The notes under the pieces: generated by a model
Databases searched by the model: none
Told to the model about the DNA's origin: nothing
What the model saw: only the letters and a program-made list of their open reading frames with translations
DNA from: Peptostreptococcaceae bacterium
Lineage (GTDB): Bacteria > Bacillota > Clostridia > Peptostreptococcales > Filifactoraceae
DNA length: 64,000 bases
NCBI GenBank assembly: GCA_030532905.1
Contig: JAUNKE010000001.1
Coordinates: 8,601-72,600 of the forward strand
Reading direction: 5' to 3'
Program-made: the position numbers and the translations under genes
Shown here: positions 20,239 to 30,083 of the stretch, piece by piece
How the letters are laid out: each line of letters begins with the position of its first letter
Numbering within the stretch: position 1 is the first letter of the stretch

Positions 20239-21513
20239 TTATTTTTTTCTTCGATACAGTCGATGGCCACCCGCTCTGAGCGCATGGTCGGTACTGTGAT
20301 AAACCGGCACTCCCAACCTGGGAGCTACTTGCATGACCGTATTCGTTCAATCCTCACAAGTTCCGATAATAATGACCTCCGCACCCATCTTTTTGAGCTC
20401 CAGCACTTTTTCCGCCTGACCCGGACAAATTCCCGGCAAAGTACAGCGAAAACGCCCGTTGATTTCTTCCATCCTTTTGCATTTGACCGATGCCACCACT
20501 TCGCTGCCCATGCCATGCGCAATTTCACTCAAGCGATCCAACTGGGCTCCGCATTCGCATTCAATCACGCCGACTTTTCTTTTCTCATTCGGAAAAGGCA
20601 TCGCCACGATGATTCCGCCGAGCGTCTTGGTGATCGGCGAATCTTCTTCGGCATGCTTTCCCGTAAAAGGACCGCCGGCGATAATTTCGCCATGAGGCTC
20701 GACATAGCCGCCCGATTTTTCGATATAGTCACCGATTTTCATTCCCAACGGTACATCCAAGTACACCATCTCGTTTTGCACCCGACCCGTGACGGTAAAA
20801 TCCTTCGTCATTACGGGCATTTTGTCCTCGATGGCGCGCGCAACATTTTTGAGCGTTTCCACATTCGACACGACGGCATTGGCTTCAATCGGCAAAGCAC
20901 CCAAAGGCAATTCCACTCCGAGAAGCTCGCGCACAATCACTCGTTCATCGCCCGCCGGATACATATCGGAGAGAAATTTCACTTCAATGCCCTCAAAATT
21001 TTTCGCCGCCTTCGCAACCGCAATCATCTCCTGCTTGTGCTTCGGTTTGATGGCGATATAACCATGCGCGGCTCCCGTAATTTCCATCACATATTTCATT
21101 CCTTTGAGGACGATTTCGGGATTTTCCCGCAAAATCTTCATATTATGGTCAAGCAGCGGCTCACATTCCGCAGCATTCGCAAGAACATATCCGCCGTCCA
21201 GCTTTGCTTTGAACTTGACATGAGCCGGAAAACCCGCTCCGCCCGCGCCGACAATTCCCGCTTCTTCAATCAACGCCAAAGGCTCTTGAGATTGCAAACG
21301 AATATAATCGCTTACATCCACCGCGCCTTCGGATTCGATTTCAATTTTCTCCTCATCGATGACAACAATTTTTCCGTTGACCGAGGAATGAATATTCGCA
21401 CCCAATCCGTTCGGTTTCGCAATCAGTTGCCCTCTACGAACTTCATCGCCCACCGCAACAATCGGCTGACATGGTGCGCCGACATGCTGCCTCAGCGGCA
21501 ATACAATTTTCAC
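20239..21513 (-). CDS. prdC: Proline-reductase-associated electron-transfer protein PrdC (RnfC-like). It is predicted to contain Sec at the TGA (20347-20349) with a 35-aa C-terminal extension.
   Basis: The RnfC-like sequence ends ...IIIGTCED-TGA and then continues in frame as TNTVMQVAPRLGVPVYHSTDHALRAGGHRLYRRKK-TAA. A CUCCCA-GGU-UGGGAG hairpin lies 22 nt after the UGA. With the extension the prdC-prdA gap is 33 nt rather than 141 nt. The likely start is GTG at 21513 with a GGGAGG RBS. The conventional no-Sec reading would be 20347..21513. Confidence 0.65.
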
Positions 21514-21585
21514 AATAACCTCCCTCTTTTCCAAGCGATTGTCAATCCGTTGACATTCGAGCTCGGAAAAAGTTAAACTATATTC

Positions 21586-21614
21586 ATTATAGGATATCTG
21601 AATGTCCTTTGCAA
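21586..21614 (-). promoter_or_regulatory. Sigma-A-type promoter for the prdC-prdF operon (TTGCAA-N17-TATAAT)
   Basis: The minus strand reads ttgcaaaggacattcagatatccTATAAT, about 70 nt upstream of the prdC start. Confidence 0.5.
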
Positions 21615-21748
21615 CTGTCCGTTTTTCGACAACAAAAAAATATCAACTCCAAAAATTGATTTTCAGATATTGATATTCTTTATTTTTTCGTTTCAGCTTT
21701 CCATAAAATTATTTTATCCGTTTTTCGTCACTGTCGAATATCGGACAT

Positions 21749-23110
21749 CTATTTTCTTCTCTTGCTTGGAAATTCTTTAAGCTGGTACTGCTCGATTTTA
21801 TACATCAGCGTCGTGCGCGGAATATTCAGCAGGCGCGCGGTCTGCGATTTATTCCAGTTACAGTTTTCCAAAGCTTCTTCAATAATATGTTTTTCATATT
21901 CGCCGACGGTTTTCGCAAGGTCATTGATTTGTGAATACGAGCGCGCGAATTTCGCCGCACTCTCCTTGACCGCATAAGGCACCATTTCCATCGTGATTTC
22001 TTCGCCGCCGCACATAACAATCATGTGCTCCATAATGTTTCTGAGCTCCCGAAGATTTCCGCCCCATTCATATTCCAACAAAACATTCATCACCCGCGGT
22101 GAAATGCTCGGTTGCTTCACCTGATATTTTTCAGCAAGCTCCCGCAAAAAGAAATCCGCGAGCAAGGTGATATCCGAGCCGCGCTCCCGCAGCGGCGGAA
22201 TTTTGAGTTCAATCACATTGAGCCGATAATACAGCTCCTCCAAAAACTCGCCCCGCTCCACCTGCTCCTTGATATTCTTCGCGCTCGATGCGATGATGCG
22301 CGCATTGATTCGAATTTTTCTTTTGCTGCCCAAGCGGGAAATTTCCATATTCTGCAACGCATTGAGCAATTTGGATTGCATTTCGAGCGACATATTGGAA
22401 ATTCCGCTCAAATAAAGAGTTCCCTCATTCGCCAGCTCAAAAAAGCCCGCGCGCTCATCATTCGCCAGCTCGATGCCGAAAAATTCTTCCTCAAACAGAG
22501 CTGCCGGAATCGCCCCGCAATTGACGCTGATAAAAATTCCTTCGCGCCGACTCATTCGATGCAGTTCACGCGCCAACGCTTTTTTCCCGACGCCGCTCTC
22601 TCCCGAAATCAAAACATTCACATCGGTTTTTGCAATCTGATTCATCTTATACATCAGCTCGACCATCTTTGTCGAATTACCGATGATGACGGAGGATTGC
22701 TCGCTGAGACTTTGACTTTCCAAAAACTCCACACGCTCCTGCAAAGTATCGACCTGCTCCTGCAATTTGGCAATCTCGCTCAAATCCTTATCCACACAAA
22801 CTACGCCAATCATATCGAGCTCGTCGTACAAAATTTTCGCCTTCACCAAAATATTGCAGCCCGTTCGAGTGGATGTGTAGATATTTTGTTGCTCCTCCTT
22901 CGTTTTGAGCACCTTCATAATGACGGTGTCGGGCAACACTTCGTCCATCTTCTTACCCAAAATCTCTTCCTTCGGCAAATCATAAATCTGCTCCGATTTT
23001 TTATTCCAAATCGTGACGATGCCGTCATTATCGACCGCACAAATCGCCTCGTCGATATCGTCGAGAATAAAATCCCGCGTTGCGACATCCCACAAAAGTT
23101 TGCTTCTCAT
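21749..23110 (-). CDS. prdR: Sigma-54-dependent transcriptional activator PrdR (PAS, AAA+ and Fis-type HTH)
   Basis: It has Walker A (GESGVGKK), the GAFTGA-region context, a C-terminal HTH (QTARLLNIPRTTLMYKI), and sits adjacent to and divergent-like with respect to the prd genes. Confidence 0.8.
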   Translation of the reverse strand: MRSKLLWDVATRDFILDDIDEAICAVDNDGIVTIWNKKSEQIYDLPKEEILGKKMDEVLPDTVIMKVLKTKEEQQNIYTSTRTGCNILVKAKILYDELDMIGVVCVDKDLSEIAKLQEQVDTLQERVEFLESQSLSEQSSVIIGNSTKMVELMYKMNQIAKTDVNVLISGESGVGKKALARELHRMSRREGIFISVNCGAIPAALFEEEFFGIELANDERAGFFELANEGTLYLSGISNMSLEMQSKLLNALQNMEISRLGSKRKIRINARIIASSAKNIKEQVERGEFLEELYYRLNVIELKIPPLRERGSDITLLADFFLRELAEKYQVKQPSISPRVMNVLLEYEWGGNLRELRNIMEHMIVMCGGEEITMEMVPYAVKESAAKFARSYSQINDLAKTVGEYEKHIIEEALENCNWNKSQTARLLNIPRTTLMYKIEQYQLKEFPSKRRK

Positions 23111-23235
23111 CGTTCTTCCTTTCGACCCGATTTCCATTTCATTCCGATTCTATTGTATACCATCCGCCTTCTTTTGAAAACAAAAAGCCGATTCATACCT
23201 TCGTACAAACCGACTTTTGAAAATCTATTGAAAAT

Positions 23236-25236
23236 CTAAAATAATTTTTCAAAGCTGTAGCTTAGTTTTCCATTTTGATTTCTCATGCTCAGCATTTTGA
23301 AATCCGCATCACTTGTCGCTTTGGCAACCGCATTGTCCATCACCGTAATGTAGCTGACATTGCCCTCCGCATACGAGCCGAACGCATCGCCGTATGAAAT
23401 CACATAGACATTTTTACTCTTTGCCGCTTCATTGACCAGCTTTCTGAACAGTTTTTTCTCCGCCGGATTCAGCTTGAAGCTTCCGTTAAACATTACAACG
23501 ACATTCGAATTCGCGGATGCCAATCCGTTTTTGAGCGCATTCCACTGACCGCTCGTTCCACCGATTCCTTTGTTGACCGTCAAACCGACAAAGCTTACAC
23601 CGGAACTGTCAAGAACCTGTCCGCCCTGATTGACGGATTCTTTATTGACCTTCAACGAATTGCTCAATTCCTGACTCTTGTTGAACATATTGATGGCTGT
23701 CTTGGCATTTGCGGATTTTTCAACAATTTTTGCATTGAGCACCTGTCCGAGCACATCATTTTTGTCCGAACTTCCATTCGGCACGACGGCAAAATCCATT
23801 GCGCCGCCCTCCGCTTGAAGATTCGGGTCATTCGGATTGATGCCCACGACATTGATTGGAATCGAAGTCGATGCCGAGCCGGAGCTGATGAGCAAATTGC
23901 CCGTCCCGCCCGAATTTGCAGTAATATATCCATTGTTGTAAGTGACATTCACACCCGAGCCGCTGACCGAAACACCGCCGAGCGCAATCGGATTCATCGA
24001 CGAGTCAAATCCCTGCACCACGAGTTTCACTTGGTCGCCCTGCACGATGCTGTCCGTCTCCAACACCGCCTCCAGCTTGGATAAAGCACCGCGCGGACTG
24101 CTGTTGACCACCGAAATTCCGTTGAGCAACTTGCGCTCCTTGCCTACCAAATGATTTGTGATTTTGCCGTTGATAATCAGCTCCGTCGAGCCGCCGCCGT
24201 CAAGCATCATCGCATCCTTCACATTCTGCGACTGCAAAAAGCTCGCCACATCATTTTCATTCATTCCGATGTATGCGCCGGTTCTTCCATCCGTTACCAT
24301 AAAGACCAATTTATTGTCAAAAGTCACACCGATTGCCGTACGCTGCGACTTGCCTTTCACCCGATGCGTAATCGCCGTCGGCTGACCGTCCTTCAGAACC
24401 ATCGTTCCGCCACCGATTGCCGTCACCATATTCGAATAAGCCTGCTCCGCATTGCTCGACAAAGAAACCGAATCGCCGACCGCAAATTTGCTCGCCAACT
24501 CACTTCCTTTCGCACCGCCCGCCAGCACGACAAAACCGTCCGCAGGCACCTGCGTCGCCTGCTCACCGACGCGCACTTCCGCCACCGAGCCGTTGCGAAC
24601 GACAACTTCCGTAAGCTGTTTGCTCGGCTTCGAGCCGATAGTCATCTTGCGATATTCACTCGTAAATATAATCGGGAAATTGAAACTCGCCGAATGTTTG
24701 TTCAAACTGATGGAATTGTAGGTCTGTCCATTGCTGTCGTTCGTCAACACGACACCCGATGTCAGATAGTCGAAAATCAAATTCCCGTTGCTGTCCAAAA
24801 TCATCGACGCCATCTCCCCGTTTTTGTACGACGGCGAAGAAATCATCTTGCCCGCATCCACCATAATACCGGTCGAATAACTCGGGTCACTCGTATGAAA
24901 AAAGTCCCCGTTGATGGAAGCGACCGCATTCGGATTTTGCCCCGCGAGCACCGAAAGCTCCTTACGATTCACAAAACCCGTTCCTTTATTATACAAAAGA
25001 TTCAGCCCCAGTGACGCATCGCTCAAATCCGCAATCGTCAAATAAATCGACTGCACCCCGTTCTCAAAAGTTTGTACAATCCTTTTGTGCGTCACCCCGC
25101 GACTGATTGGGATCTCATACATATTTTCATCAATCATCGAGCCGTAGCTGACCACCGATGCCATTTGAAAAAGCGCTATTGCCGAAATCACAAAACGCTT
25201 CAACTTACCCTTAAAATTTTGTGTATTAAACTTCAT
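23236..25236 (-). CDS. Secreted phosphodiester glycosidase (NAGPA-like) family protein with a C-terminal extension
   Basis: The 666-aa ORF has a signal peptide. The central region (DGGGSTELIINGKI...) matches phosphodiester glycosidase. Confidence 0.6.
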   Translation of the reverse strand: MKFNTQNFKGKLKRFVISAIALFQMASVVSYGSMIDENMYEIPISRGVTHKRIVQTFENGVQSIYLTIADLSDASLGLNLLYNKGTGFVNRKELSVLAGQNPNAVASINGDFFHTSDPSYSTGIMVDAGKMISSPSYKNGEMASMILDSNGNLIFDYLTSGVVLTNDSNGQTYNSISLNKHSASFNFPIIFTSEYRKMTIGSKPSKQLTEVVVRNGSVAEVRVGEQATQVPADGFVVLAGGAKGSELASKFAVGDSVSLSSNAEQAYSNMVTAIGGGTMVLKDGQPTAITHRVKGKSQRTAIGVTFDNKLVFMVTDGRTGAYIGMNENDVASFLQSQNVKDAMMLDGGGSTELIINGKITNHLVGKERKLLNGISVVNSSPRGALSKLEAVLETDSIVQGDQVKLVVQGFDSSMNPIALGGVSVSGSGVNVTYNNGYITANSGGTGNLLISSGSASTSIPINVVGINPNDPNLQAEGGAMDFAVVPNGSSDKNDVLGQVLNAKIVEKSANAKTAINMFNKSQELSNSLKVNKESVNQGGQVLDSSGVSFVGLTVNKGIGGTSGQWNALKNGLASANSNVVVMFNGSFKLNPAEKKLFRKLVNEAAKSKNVYVISYGDAFGSYAEGNVSYITVMDNAVAKATSDADFKMLSMRNQNGKLSYSFEKLF

Positions 25237-25342
25237 TTCTTCACCATCCTTCTTTCCATATTATAGCTTAGCCTTTTTGAAAACAAATTACAACCATGTT
25301 ACAATAGCTTAACAAATTCTAGGTAAAAAACAAAAAAGTTTC

Positions 25343-25375
25343 CACCAAAAAAACAGATTCCTCATCTGTTTTTTA
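25343..25375 (-). terminator. Terminator of the metal ABC permease gene
   Basis: An aaacagat...atctgttt hairpin has A/T runs on both sides. Confidence 0.55.
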
Positions 25376-25391
25376 TCTCCATCGTTTAAGA

Positions 25392-26219
25392 TTACAATTT
25401 ACTTTTCGGCAAATAAATTCGAATAAAAGAAAAAAGTGCAAACATAAAAATATTGACGATAACGACACTCGCGCCCGTCGGCGTTCCCGCGACATAGCTG
25501 ATCATCATTCCGAAAACAAAGCCGAGCAACGAAATAATCGCCGAGCTGATGATGACCGTTCGAAAATGTCGAAACACACGCATCGAAGTGAGCGCTGGAA
25601 AAATAATGAGGCTCGAAATCAGCAAAGCCCCCATAATCCGCATCCCCAAAACGATGGTAATCGCCGTCAAAAAAGCGAGCAACATATTGTAGAAATCCAC
25701 ATTGATTCCGGTCGCTCTCGAAAAAGCTTCGTCAAAAGTAATCGCAAACAGATTGTTGTAAAACAACACAAAAAGAATCAGCACGATACCGCTGAGCACC
25801 AAGCTGAGCACAACATCCGCCCGACTCATCGCCAAAATGCTGCCGAACATATAACTGTATAAATCATTGTTGAGCCCCTTCGCCAACGCAATCACCGTCA
25901 CCCCGATTGCCAAAGCCGATGTCGAAATCATCGCAATCGCCGAATCCCCTTTTATCTTACTGCTCTCACTGATGCGCAAAAGCAAAAAAGCCGACAAAAC
26001 GACAATCGGAATTGTAATTTGAAGCGGTGCCATATTGAGAGCAGTCGCAACCGCCAACGAGCCGAAGCCGACATGCGAAAGACCGTCGCCAATCATCGCA
26101 TAGCGTTTGAGCACCAAGCTGACCCCGAGCATCGACGCACAGAGCGACACCACGATACCGACCACAAAGGCTTTGAGCAGAAACTCATAGCTCAACATCG
26201 TGTTTAACAAACTAATCAT
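25392..26219 (-). CDS. znuB: Metal (Zn/Mn) ABC transporter permease, ZnuB/MntB family
   Basis: The 275-aa polytopic protein shows typical ZnuB family architecture. It overlaps the upstream ATPase gene. Confidence 0.75.
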   Translation of the reverse strand: MISLLNTMLSYEFLLKAFVVGIVVSLCASMLGVSLVLKRYAMIGDGLSHVGFGSLAVATALNMAPLQITIPIVVLSAFLLLRISESSKIKGDSAIAMISTSALAIGVTVIALAKGLNNDLYSYMFGSILAMSRADVVLSLVLSGIVLILFVLFYNNLFAITFDEAFSRATGINVDFYNMLLAFLTAITIVLGMRIMGALLISSLIIFPALTSMRVFRHFRTVIISSAIISLLGFVFGMMISYVAGTPTGASVVIVNIFMFALFSFIRIYLPKSKL

Positions 26220-26922
26220 AACTCATTCCCCCAAGATACGATTGGGCAAGACTCGTCTGCAAATACTCCGCTTTCGCTCCGCTGAACAATACCCTATTGC
26301 GCAAATGCAAAATATGTGTCGCCTCATCGATTGCCGTACCCACATCGTGAGAAACCATGATAATCGTAATTCCGCGCTGTTTATTCAACATCTTCACCAC
26401 TTCGTACAATTCCTTGCTGACCAAAGGATCCAAACCCGCGACCGGCTCATCCAAAAGCAACAATTTTGAGGTCGCGCACAGCGCCCGAGCCAACAAAACC
26501 CGCTGCTGCTGACCGCCGGATAACTCCTGATAACTTTTCTTCTTCAAATTTTCGATGCCGAGCAAATGCATATTCTCCATCGCCCGTTCATGATCCTTCG
26601 TATTATAAAAAGGAAATAATTTTTTCCGATTCAAACAACCCGACATCACGACCTCTTTGACCGACGCCGGAAAATCCTTCTGCGCAGATGTTTGTTGCGG
26701 CAAATAGCCGATTTCATTTTGAAGCAATCCGTCGCCCATCGTAATCTTACCCTTGAGCGCAGGCTTGAGTCCGAGCAAAGCCTTTATCAAGGTACTTTTC
26801 CCCGAGCCGTTCTCTCCGACGATGCACAGATAATCCTTTGCGTTCACCGTCAAATCCAAATTCTCCAAAACAATTGTATTCTCATATCCCAAAGTGACAT
26901 TTTCACATTTGATAAGTGCCAT
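26212..26922 (-). CDS. znuC: Metal ABC transporter ATP-binding protein, ZnuC family
   Basis: Walker A (GENGSGKST), the signature LSGGQQQR, and Walker B (LLLDEP) are present. Confidence 0.8.
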   Translation of the reverse strand: MALIKCENVTLGYENTIVLENLDLTVNAKDYLCIVGENGSGKSTLIKALLGLKPALKGKITMGDGLLQNEIGYLPQQTSAQKDFPASVKEVVMSGCLNRKKLFPFYNTKDHERAMENMHLLGIENLKKKSYQELSGGQQQRVLLARALCATSKLLLLDEPVAGLDPLVSKELYEVVKMLNKQRGITIIMVSHDVGTAIDEATHILHLRNRVLFSGAKAEYLQTSLAQSYLGGMSYD

Positions 26923-27162
26923 AAATCCTCCATATTGTCGTTCCCAATTCTAAAATCTTAAAAGTATCCGAAATCGAGCAAACAATACAGCATTTCCCCG
27001 ACAAGCTCCATTCAATTTGAAGAATGAAGGTTCTATCGCTGCTCAGTCCATTGTAATGATTTTAGACGAAACGATTTGAAATTCATTTTCAAATCATTAT
27101 AACATCGTGTAAAAATACCGTCAACAAACGAGAAGGCAAATTCGATTTCAAAAAAAGCGCCA

Positions 27163-27214
27163 AAAATCACAAAAACAAAAAAATACCTACACTTCACATT
27201 GAAATGTAGGTATT
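27163..27214 (-). terminator. Terminator of nhaC
   Basis: An aatacctaca...tgtaggtatt hairpin is followed by an A-run on the plus strand (T-run on the minus strand). Confidence 0.6.
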
Positions 27215-27267
27215 GTGCTGAATTATTTTCGTCAACGCAACAATAAATTAAAATTCTATTCCATTTT

Positions 27268-28812
27268 CTATGCAAGATGCTGAATCGCCGCTTTCGATTT
27301 TTCGTAAGCTTCTTTTTCCGCATCCGTCATCTTCATCTGACCGATGCCCAAGAATGCCATCACAACCGAAACAACCGGATTGATTAGATTGAAGAAACAG
27401 AACGGAAGATATTTTACCGTATCAACGCCTAGAGACTTCGCCATATAAGCCCCGCAAGTATTCCAAGGAACCAATGCGGATGTAATCGTACCGCCGTCCT
27501 CCAAAGTACGCGACAGATTTCGCGGAGATAATCCGCGCTCCGCATACGCATCCTTATACATACGACCCGGAATTACAATCGATAGATATTGGTCAGATGC
27601 GATAACATTGATAAAGATGGTTGAGAAAATCGTAACTGCTACCAAAGAGCCCGTTCCCTTTGCCAACTTCAACAAAGAACCCGCCAACACTTCAAGCATT
27701 CCCGTAGATTCCATAATCCCGCCGAAAGACAACGCACAGATAATCAAAGAAACCGTCCACATCATCGACTGCATTCCACCCCGTGACAGCAACTGGTCGA
27801 TAACATCGCTGCCGGTAGAGACAATTTCCGCTCCGCTCGGCAAAGCATCCATCATAAGCCCCAATTCTTTGGCGGCACCGAAAGTGATTTGTTCATCACC
27901 CAAAGTTATATATCCATAACTGATTCCATCATTCGCAACGCTGAGAATAGTTCCCAAACTTGCACCTTGGAAAAGGAATGCAAACAAACATCCGAGAAAC
28001 AGACCGCCGAGCAATCCCGGAATCGCCGGTACTTTAAAAATAACCATCGCAATAACCAATATCGGTGGAATGAGCATCAACAAATTGATATTAAAGTTTG
28101 TTCTCAGCACCTCAAGCATTCCGTTAATTTCATGAGCATCCAATTCCTGTCCCGCATATTTCATCGACAAAAAGCCAAAAAGCACCAAGGCAATCAAATA
28201 AGAAGGACCCGTTGTATAAATCATGTGACGAATATGGTCAAACAAAGTAGAACCCGCCATCGCCGGCGCAAGATTCGTCGTATCCGATAAAGGAGACATT
28301 TTATCTCCAAAATATGCTCCCGAGATAATCGCTCCTGCAGCTACCGGCTCCGGAATATTGATCCCTTTGGCAATACCGATGAGCGCCACGCCTACTGTTG
28401 CCGAAGTTGTCCACGAAGAACCTGTCGCAATCGAAACAACGGAGCACAAAATCACCGTCGCAACCAAGAAGATACTCGGTGATAAAATTTGCAATCCATA
28501 ATAAATCATCGACGGCACGATACCGCCCAAAATCCATGAACCGACAAGCATACCGATGACCATCAAGATCAGCGATGCCTGCATTCCCATGTTGATGGTT
28601 TTCAAAATCCCATCTTCCATGTCCGCCCAAGAATTACCAAGTAAAAACACCGCTACCGCTACCGCAACGCAAGAACCTGCTACCAACGGAATATGTGGTG
28701 CTTTTTCCAATTTTACCACGCCCACATACAAAAAAATCATCAATGCGATGACCGGAATAAGCGCAACTCCTAATGTCGCTTGCTTCTTAATTCTTTTTTT
28801 CCCTTCCGTCAT
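27268..28812 (-). CDS. nhaC: Na+/H+ antiporter NhaC family
   Basis: The 514-aa protein has about 12 TM segments and NhaC family sequence features. Confidence 0.75.
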   Translation of the reverse strand: MTEGKKRIKKQATLGVALIPVIALMIFLYVGVVKLEKAPHIPLVAGSCVAVAVAVFLLGNSWADMEDGILKTINMGMQASLILMVIGMLVGSWILGGIVPSMIYYGLQILSPSIFLVATVILCSVVSIATGSSWTTSATVGVALIGIAKGINIPEPVAAGAIISGAYFGDKMSPLSDTTNLAPAMAGSTLFDHIRHMIYTTGPSYLIALVLFGFLSMKYAGQELDAHEINGMLEVLRTNFNINLLMLIPPILVIAMVIFKVPAIPGLLGGLFLGCLFAFLFQGASLGTILSVANDGISYGYITLGDEQITFGAAKELGLMMDALPSGAEIVSTGSDVIDQLLSRGGMQSMMWTVSLIICALSFGGIMESTGMLEVLAGSLLKLAKGTGSLVAVTIFSTIFINVIASDQYLSIVIPGRMYKDAYAERGLSPRNLSRTLEDGGTITSALVPWNTCGAYMAKSLGVDTVKYLPFCFFNLINPVVSVVMAFLGIGQMKMTDAEKEAYEKSKAAIQHLA

Positions 28813-29200
28813 AAAAACCTCCTATGTAGTTTTATTTTTTTGTCGATTGAAAACGATGTTGTCGCCGAGAAGTCAATTCCCGAGCAATCGTTTCCAAAAT
28901 ACCTAAAAACATAATAACGAATTATCAGCAAATTGTCAACAAAAAATATAAGAGTTTATTCAGTAAGCAAATTATATCAAACAAAATCAGTATAACCAAA
29001 TTTTCCTTAGCTAACTTTCAAATAAAGCTTACAAAATTAAATATGCTTAAAAAATGCGCATTTTGAAAATCTTTTTGCAAAACGAAATGTCAAAACCGAT
29101 AAGCAAATCAAAAAACCTAAAGGTCTGTAATAAAAAAGAGAATACAAAACGAATCCACAATAAAACTCGATTTGACTTCTCTCCATCATCTTTCCGCTAT

Positions 29201-29983
29201 CTATTCAATGACATATACCCGACCTATTTTTTCGATTTGCTGTTGATATACCTCAACATCCCCTTCGACACAAAATATCGGTCGTACCGCTAAAATGGAA
29301 TTGACTGGTACGGAGCCCACAATTCCTCTGTCATCAGCCACACCACGTACCGTATAATCATACCAAGTAGAAGCTGTTCTAAGCCAATAATTGAAGGTCT
29401 TTCCATTTTTGAATCGTCCTATTCGTATCAATCCATCCGGTGATTCTTCGAAATATTTTTGCTTTATTCCTTCTTCAGCTACTACTGATGAGTCCGGCGC
29501 ATCCACTTCGTATGCGGACAGTAAAAATATCTTACGCTTTATTTTCTCTGTTTCCAATACAGGACCTGCTGATACACTTTCTTCCGTAGTAATATCAATA
29601 TCCATTTCCAATATCAGTTCTTTCATTTTAGGACTTAAAGTATTGTAGAACTCATTGGACAAAAACACATCCATCAAACTGTTTGGATAATAGGCATTGC
29701 GAAATCCGTTAGCTTCATATATATTAAATGCTCTCGGTTCATCCAATAGGAATTTTCTCATCAATAATGTTTTACCATAATAGTCTTTGCTTAGCACCAT
29801 ATATGGTTCGTACTCATCGTTCTCCTTGATATATACATAATTTTCTTTACCAAATAAATTATCATAAGCTAATTCTTTTATCGGACGGGGATTGCTATTT
29901 TCACTTTCAAATTTTGTGCAAGCAACACATAACAAGCCGACCGTAACCAGCACCAAAATATATTTCAGTTTATTAATCTTCAT
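29201..29983 (-). CDS. Putative lipoprotein of unknown function
   Basis: A lipobox (LLCVAC) follows MKINKLKYILVLVTVG. The protein has no recognisable catalytic motif. Confidence 0.55.
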   Translation of the reverse strand: MKINKLKYILVLVTVGLLCVACTKFESENSNPRPIKELAYDNLFGKENYVYIKENDEYEPYMVLSKDYYGKTLLMRKFLLDEPRAFNIYEANGFRNAYYPNSLMDVFLSNEFYNTLSPKMKELILEMDIDITTEESVSAGPVLETEKIKRKIFLLSAYEVDAPDSSVVAEEGIKQKYFEESPDGLIRIGRFKNGKTFNYWLRTASTWYDYTVRGVADDRGIVGSVPVNSILAVRPIFCVEGDVEVYQQQIEKIGRVYVIE

Positions 29984-30083
29984 CTCAGTTTGCCCCGTTC
30001 CTATTCTATTTTCAAACAAAATAAAAGTCGATATATTTTAGCACAAGGATTGTTTATAACCCATTCATTCCTTGAGCAGTTTG

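Noticed and set aside
21535-21748. A sigma-54 (-24/-12) promoter for the prd operon
   Set aside because: The closest candidate (GGACAGTTGCA) has the wrong GG-GC spacing. It is reported only as an absence, together with a sigma-A-like promoter.
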